Shown: positions 60,284 through 64,000 of the stretch, in pieces
How the letters are laid out: each line of letters starts with the position of its first letter
Numbering within the stretch: the stretch's first letter is position 1
Virus record (IMG/VR): IMGVR_UViG_3300032294_002797
Span: 62,001-126,000 of that record
Strand: one strand, 5' to 3'
DNA length: 64,000 nucleotides
Translations under genes and position numbers: made by a program
The notes under the pieces: model-generated
Database searches by the model: none
Told to the model about the DNA's origin: nothing
The model's input: only the letters and a program-made list of their open reading frames with translations

Positions 60284-60652
60284 TTAGAAGGCTACAGGTT
60301 GAGCTTCTTCTGTCTTGGCGCTAGATAGTCTAGCAATCTTCGAAAAATTATTTACTCTTACCTTGAGTGAATTATGCTTCACTCCATCCTTCTCCCAAGA
60401 ATCATTTCTAAGTGATCCTTCAATCATTACGAGATCCCCCTTCTTGAAGGACTTCCCTATAATTTCTGCCCCAGAATCCCACGCCTCACAAGGAACAAAT
60501 GTGGTAATCTTATCCTTGTCTCCGTTAGACTTTGTGTATTCACGAGACACAGCAATAGTAAAATTTACAACCGATGTTGTTTTACCATTGGTTGATACAC
60601 TCCTTAACTCTGGATCTCTTGCTAAATTACCTCGTAACATATTGATATTCAT
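60284..60652 (-). CDS. ssb: Single-stranded DNA-binding protein
   Basis: LRGNLARDPELR..VVNFTIAVSR..FVPCEAW..KGDLVMIEGSLRNDSWE; acidic tail ending PVAF; AAGGAG RBS. Confidence 0.95.
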   Translation of the reverse strand: MNINMLRGNLARDPELRSVSTNGKTTSVVNFTIAVSREYTKSNGDKDKITTFVPCEAWDSGAEIIGKSFKKGDLVMIEGSLRNDSWEKDGVKHNSLKVRVNNFSKIARLSSAKTEEAQPVAF

Positions 60653-60694
60653 AAATATCTCCTTGAAAATTAAATAAAACCAAAACCAACGTTT

Positions 60695-60722
60695 ATTATA
60701 GAAATGGCCGACTCACGGTCAA
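60695..60722 (-). promoter_or_regulatory. Sigma70-like promoter for ssb
   Basis: TTGACC-N16-TATAAT on the minus strand; the -35 box overlaps the dnaE-C stop. Confidence 0.65.
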
Positions 60723-62344
60723 GTTTTTGGAATATAAGCCTTCTCCACTATGAAACTATCTCCAGTATTATTTTTTTTACCCTTAATAATAATTACATTA
60801 TTTTCGAATAATATATTTCTATACTGTTTATAAGTATCAGGGAAAAAAATGACACTATCTATTGATCCATAACTATCGGATAGGGTTACGAAAGCCATTT
60901 CTGAGCCTGGGGTCTTTCCTGTTTTTGTTTTTGTAATTCCTATGTTATCTATTTCTCCACATAGAATGATATTTTCTTTCATTAGCAATGTTTTGAATTC
61001 TTTACAATTGCAATTAGTCATACTGATATCATACATGTCTACTTTTGAACAGGTGACACTACAACCTAGCACCTCCTCCTCTATATCCGATATCCATTCA
61101 GCGTTATCATCCATAGAATATGGAGGACGATTTAAATTGTCTATTAAACTATAAATAATTTGTTTTCTTTTTTCTGTAAGCTTATATTGGGAGGTCATGC
61201 TTTTCATAGAACTCAAGAAAGACTCTCCTATATCAACTTTGCTGATTATAAATTCTATTTCTTTTTTTGTTAGTTCACAAGCTATACTATATTCGAATAG
61301 CATACTAGTTCGAGTTTTTTTGTCATAATTTAAAGCTCCACTTTTTATTAATGCTTTAGCAGACGTAGAATTAATATTTATTAATATTTGAAGTAGTATT
61401 TGATCCCATTTCATGGATTTGATATCTAAATGTTTATTAGTGATAAGACCACCTAGTTTATTAAATACTGATTCTCCAAAGCCTTTAATGTCCGTTAAAC
61501 CAAAATAGATACAACTATCTTTCAGTATGAATAATTTATTCAGATTTCTTAGATCAGGTATACAGACCTGAATATCCATTTCGGTGGCATTCTGCACAAG
61601 CTCTTTAATTTCTGCTTTTGGATCTATTTTATCTTTGGCGAACCTTAAATAAGAAGCAAAAAAAATCTTAGGGAAATGAGCTTTTGTATATGCAGATAAA
61701 TAAGCATTGATAGCATAAGATATAGCATGACTTTTATTAAAAGAATATCTTTGGCTCTTTTCTATCCATCCGAATATTTCTTCTGCTTGCGAGGCGCTAA
61801 CTAAACCCAGTTTTTCGGACCCTTGTAAAAATTTACTTTTAAGTTTGGACATTTCTTCTGGCTTTTTTTTACCAATAGCCTTTCTCAAATTATCTGCTTC
61901 CTGTAAATCAAATCCTGCTATATATTTAGCAATTTCCATTGCTTGTTCTTGATAAATCATCTCTCCGTATGTGGTCTTAAGAATATTTTCTAGACACGGA
62001 TGATAATAGTCGATAGACTCTTGCCCATTTTTTTTATCTATATAGTGGTTAGATACTGTTTTTCCATCTCTAATTGCCTCCAAGCACCCAGGCCTTAATA
62101 TGCTGATCAAAGCAGATAGATGTTCTATATTTCGAGGCTTTAGTTTTTTAGCCATAGACCGTCCAAGCCTAGACTCCAATTGAAAGCATCCTTTAGTATT
62201 GCCGTCAGATATTAGGTCCCAGGTTTTAGAACAGTCTAGATTTAAACTATGTCTAATTGGATCAAACTCCACCAATAACTGGTTGTTTTCTGATGGAATA
62301 ATATCGAATGAGCATCCACAATCGTAATTAAAAGTTTTAGGCAT
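60719..62344 (-). CDS. dnaE: DNA polymerase III alpha, C-terminal half (fingers, HhH, OB)
   Basis: GCFQLES, ILRPG, TYGEMIYQEQ, YSFNKSHA, IYFGLTDIKGFG, MAFVTLSD; likely start MPKTF at 62344. Confidence 0.9.
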   Translation of the reverse strand: MPKTFNYDCGCSFDIIPSENNQLLVEFDPIRHSLNLDCSKTWDLISDGNTKGCFQLESRLGRSMAKKLKPRNIEHLSALISILRPGCLEAIRDGKTVSNHYIDKKNGQESIDYYHPCLENILKTTYGEMIYQEQAMEIAKYIAGFDLQEADNLRKAIGKKKPEEMSKLKSKFLQGSEKLGLVSASQAEEIFGWIEKSQRYSFNKSHAISYAINAYLSAYTKAHFPKIFFASYLRFAKDKIDPKAEIKELVQNATEMDIQVCIPDLRNLNKLFILKDSCIYFGLTDIKGFGESVFNKLGGLITNKHLDIKSMKWDQILLQILININSTSAKALIKSGALNYDKKTRTSMLFEYSIACELTKKEIEFIISKVDIGESFLSSMKSMTSQYKLTEKRKQIIYSLIDNLNRPPYSMDDNAEWISDIEEEVLGCSVTCSKVDMYDISMTNCNCKEFKTLLMKENIILCGEIDNIGITKTKTGKTPGSEMAFVTLSDSYGSIDSVIFFPDTYKQYRNILFENNVIIIKGKKNNTGDSFIVEKAYIPKT

Positions 62345-63044
62345 GTTTATTTGACGACGATACAAATGAATCTTTGAACTTAACCTTTTGAGATACATTA
62401 CGATGAAGTTTTAGAAATCTCATCAGTATCTCTGCACAGTCCTTAACATCTTTAAGAGCATCATGAGCACCTTTTTTATCTATGCCTAGATAATCTCTAA
62501 GATTATCCATAGAATAGCTTTTAAGATCGTTATTTTGTTCAAACCAATAAAATACTAAGTTCATAATATCTATAACATCTCTTTGAAAGAAAATATTGCT
62601 ATTACCTTCTTTATTGGTATCCCCATATTTCTGACTTAATCTATCAATAATTTTTAGATCAAAGCGATTAATATTGTATCCAGCTGGTAGCGGCGCAGAA
62701 AATTGATTTTTCTTAGAACTTCTACTATGGTATTTTGTTAAATATTCTGTAAACATTTTCCAGGATTGTTCTTGAGGAGGATACTTGAGCCATTCGTCCA
62801 GTACTTCTTTTTTGGAAGAACCCTTAACTTTGGCATGAAAATCCAAGATATCAGTTTCATATACATACTCAGGATTTTTTTCCAAAACTTCGGGCTTGAA
62901 GTAAATATTAAATTCTGAATCTGGAATAATCTCTAGAGATATTGGATCAATTATCACCGAGGCTATCTGAACAGGACTACATTGAGTAGGATCGGAGCCG
63001 TCCGTCTCAAAATCAAAGACACATATTTTATTGTAGTTTATCAT
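62337..63044 (-). CDS. DEDDh 3'-5' exonuclease (DnaQ-like)
   Basis: ExoI VFDFETDG, ExoII AGYNINRFD, ExoIII HDALKDV. Confidence 0.9.
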   Translation of the reverse strand: MINYNKICVFDFETDGSDPTQCSPVQIASVIIDPISLEIIPDSEFNIYFKPEVLEKNPEYVYETDILDFHAKVKGSSKKEVLDEWLKYPPQEQSWKMFTEYLTKYHSRSSKKNQFSAPLPAGYNINRFDLKIIDRLSQKYGDTNKEGNSNIFFQRDVIDIMNLVFYWFEQNNDLKSYSMDNLRDYLGIDKKGAHDALKDVKDCAEILMRFLKLHRNVSQKVKFKDSFVSSSNKHA

Positions 63045-63226
63045 GAGTTATTAGATTGAATTACTTCCACCTCTGTAATGGGCACAACTTGTATCTTTTC
63101 TCCCGTAGCAACAGACTGAGCATTAAATACTTTGCAGCAACTCAATCTTTCGTCTGGTATTCTCAGGTATTCTTGTTGATTGTATAAAAATTTATCACCA
63201 TTTTTTAAATCTGCCATTCTTGTCAT
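63041..63226 (-). CDS. 61-aa small beta-barrel-like protein
   Basis: MADLKNGDKFLY..; abuts dnaE-N and overlaps the exonuclease start. Confidence 0.65.
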   Translation of the reverse strand: MTRMADLKNGDKFLYNQQEYLRIPDERLSCCKVFNAQSVATGEKIQVVPITEVEVIQSNNS

Positions 63227-63227
63227 T

Positions 63228-63998
63228 TTATTCTCCCTTTTTTAAAATATCTTGTATAGTCATAATTTTATCTAACATAGCAACTCCCAATATGTCAAAC
63301 TTTATTATACCCAAAGATTCTAAATCTTGCATCTCCATACCGGCTATCGTTTGCTCATTTTTTACATCGTACACCATAGGACATATATCTTTTAAAGCAT
63401 GGGAGCTGATGGCTATGCCGGCGGCATGCTTGGATTGATTAGATTTCGTGCCCTCTAATCTTATAGCCTGTTCGAACCTTTTGGCAAGTGGTCCTTGTAA
63501 TTGTTGATTCTCATCTAAATAGCACCAATCTTTTAATTTATCTCCATTATTTTCTAATGCCCAGCGTATAATAGACGCTTCTCCCGTTTCTTCTTTCATT
63601 TCTTGTAGATCGTCAGCTATTTTAGCTTCATCTGGTATGTGCTTGGTGATATTGTTCATTTCATCGAAAGAAATATTACCATAAACACGCAATACATCTT
63701 TCAAGGCTCCTCTTCCTTTGATTGTATTAAACGTAATCATCTGAGAAACTTTATCATGTCCATATTTCTTTTTAATATATTCGATAATATTTTCTCTTTG
63801 ATTGATAGGAACATCAACATCTATATCTGGCATAGAGATATGTTCTGCAGTATTTCTACCAGCATTATAAAATCTATCAAACATTAGATTATACTTAATT
63901 GGATCTATATTGGTAATACCTATTAAATAGGAGACCAAACAACCAGCAGCACTTCCTCTGCCCGGCCCGGGAAGCCAGTTATTGCTTCTTACATAGTT
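63228..63998 (-). CDS. dnaE: DNA polymerase III alpha, N-terminal catalytic half (5' end beyond the window)
   Basis: Frame is open from the window edge: GPGRGSAAGCLVSY, FDRFYN, SMPDIDVD, SKHAAG, KFDILG, then stop. Confidence 0.92.
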   Translation of the reverse strand, partial: NYVRSNNWLPGPGRGSAAGCLVSYLIGITNIDPIKYNLMFDRFYNAGRNTAEHISMPDIDVDVPINQRENIIEYIKKKYGHDKVSQMITFNTIKGRGALKDVLRVYGNISFDEMNNITKHIPDEAKIADDLQEMKEETGEASIIRWALENNGDKLKDWCYLDENQQLQGPLAKRFEQAIRLEGTKSNQSKHAAGIAISSHALKDICPMVYDVKNEQTIAGMEMQDLESLGIIKFDILGVAMLDKIMTIQDILKKGE

Positions 63999-64000
63999 CA

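Larger units (their letters stand above)
1..64000. mobile_element. Segment of a large tailed bacteriophage genome (tail module plus convergent replication/modification module)
   Basis: Dense co-oriented virion-type ORFs including a TMP, converging on ssb, annealing protein and DnaE genes; no cellular housekeeping operons. Confidence 0.93.

Noticed and set aside
60315-60677. 120-aa + strand ORF
   Set aside because: It is the antisense shadow of a clear ssb gene
62300-63300. Split intein joining the DnaE halves
   Set aside because: The N-half ends 15 aa after KFDILG with no intein-N segment, and the C-half lacks an HN-C/S/T junction
1-64000. Stop-codon reassignment
   Set aside because: Very long ORFs and tight packing under code 11; the dnaE split is spanned by two real genes, so it is not a readthrough artefact

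Overview
This AT-rich window (roughly one-third GC by eye) is an internal segment of a large tailed-phage genome; no host housekeeping genes, rRNA, tRNA or CRISPR array were recognised. Bases 1-51439 are a + strand virion module. It holds fibre/adhesin-like genes (collagen, FN3, LamG, Mtd_N, YHYH), neck/tail-completion-like genes, a probable tail tube and chaperone-position genes. Next come a 5391-aa tape-measure protein (TMP), a beta-helical fibre, two paralogous tail genes, a 1775-aa hub-like protein, a 2772-aa Cys-rich protein and a small CxxC protein. Bases 51426-64000 are a convergent - strand module. It holds a membrane-anchored YfaP-like protein, a Zn-ribbon protein, a single-strand annealing protein, a Vsr/DUF559-like endonuclease, a seven-gene glycosyltransferase-like cluster and ssb. 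It ends with a DnaE-type polymerase split into two genes, with a DEDDh exonuclease and a 61-aa gene between the halves. The most notable element is the TMP. Eight copies of a conserved module (five with the invariant peptide GTDTVPAMLTPGEFVVN despite divergent synonymous sites) divide it into cargo cassettes. These include a HAD phosphatase, two candidate PD-(D/E)xK nuclease folds and hydrophobic segments, which suggests a modular effector-delivery TMP. All domain calls come from visual motif recognition; no database searches were run.
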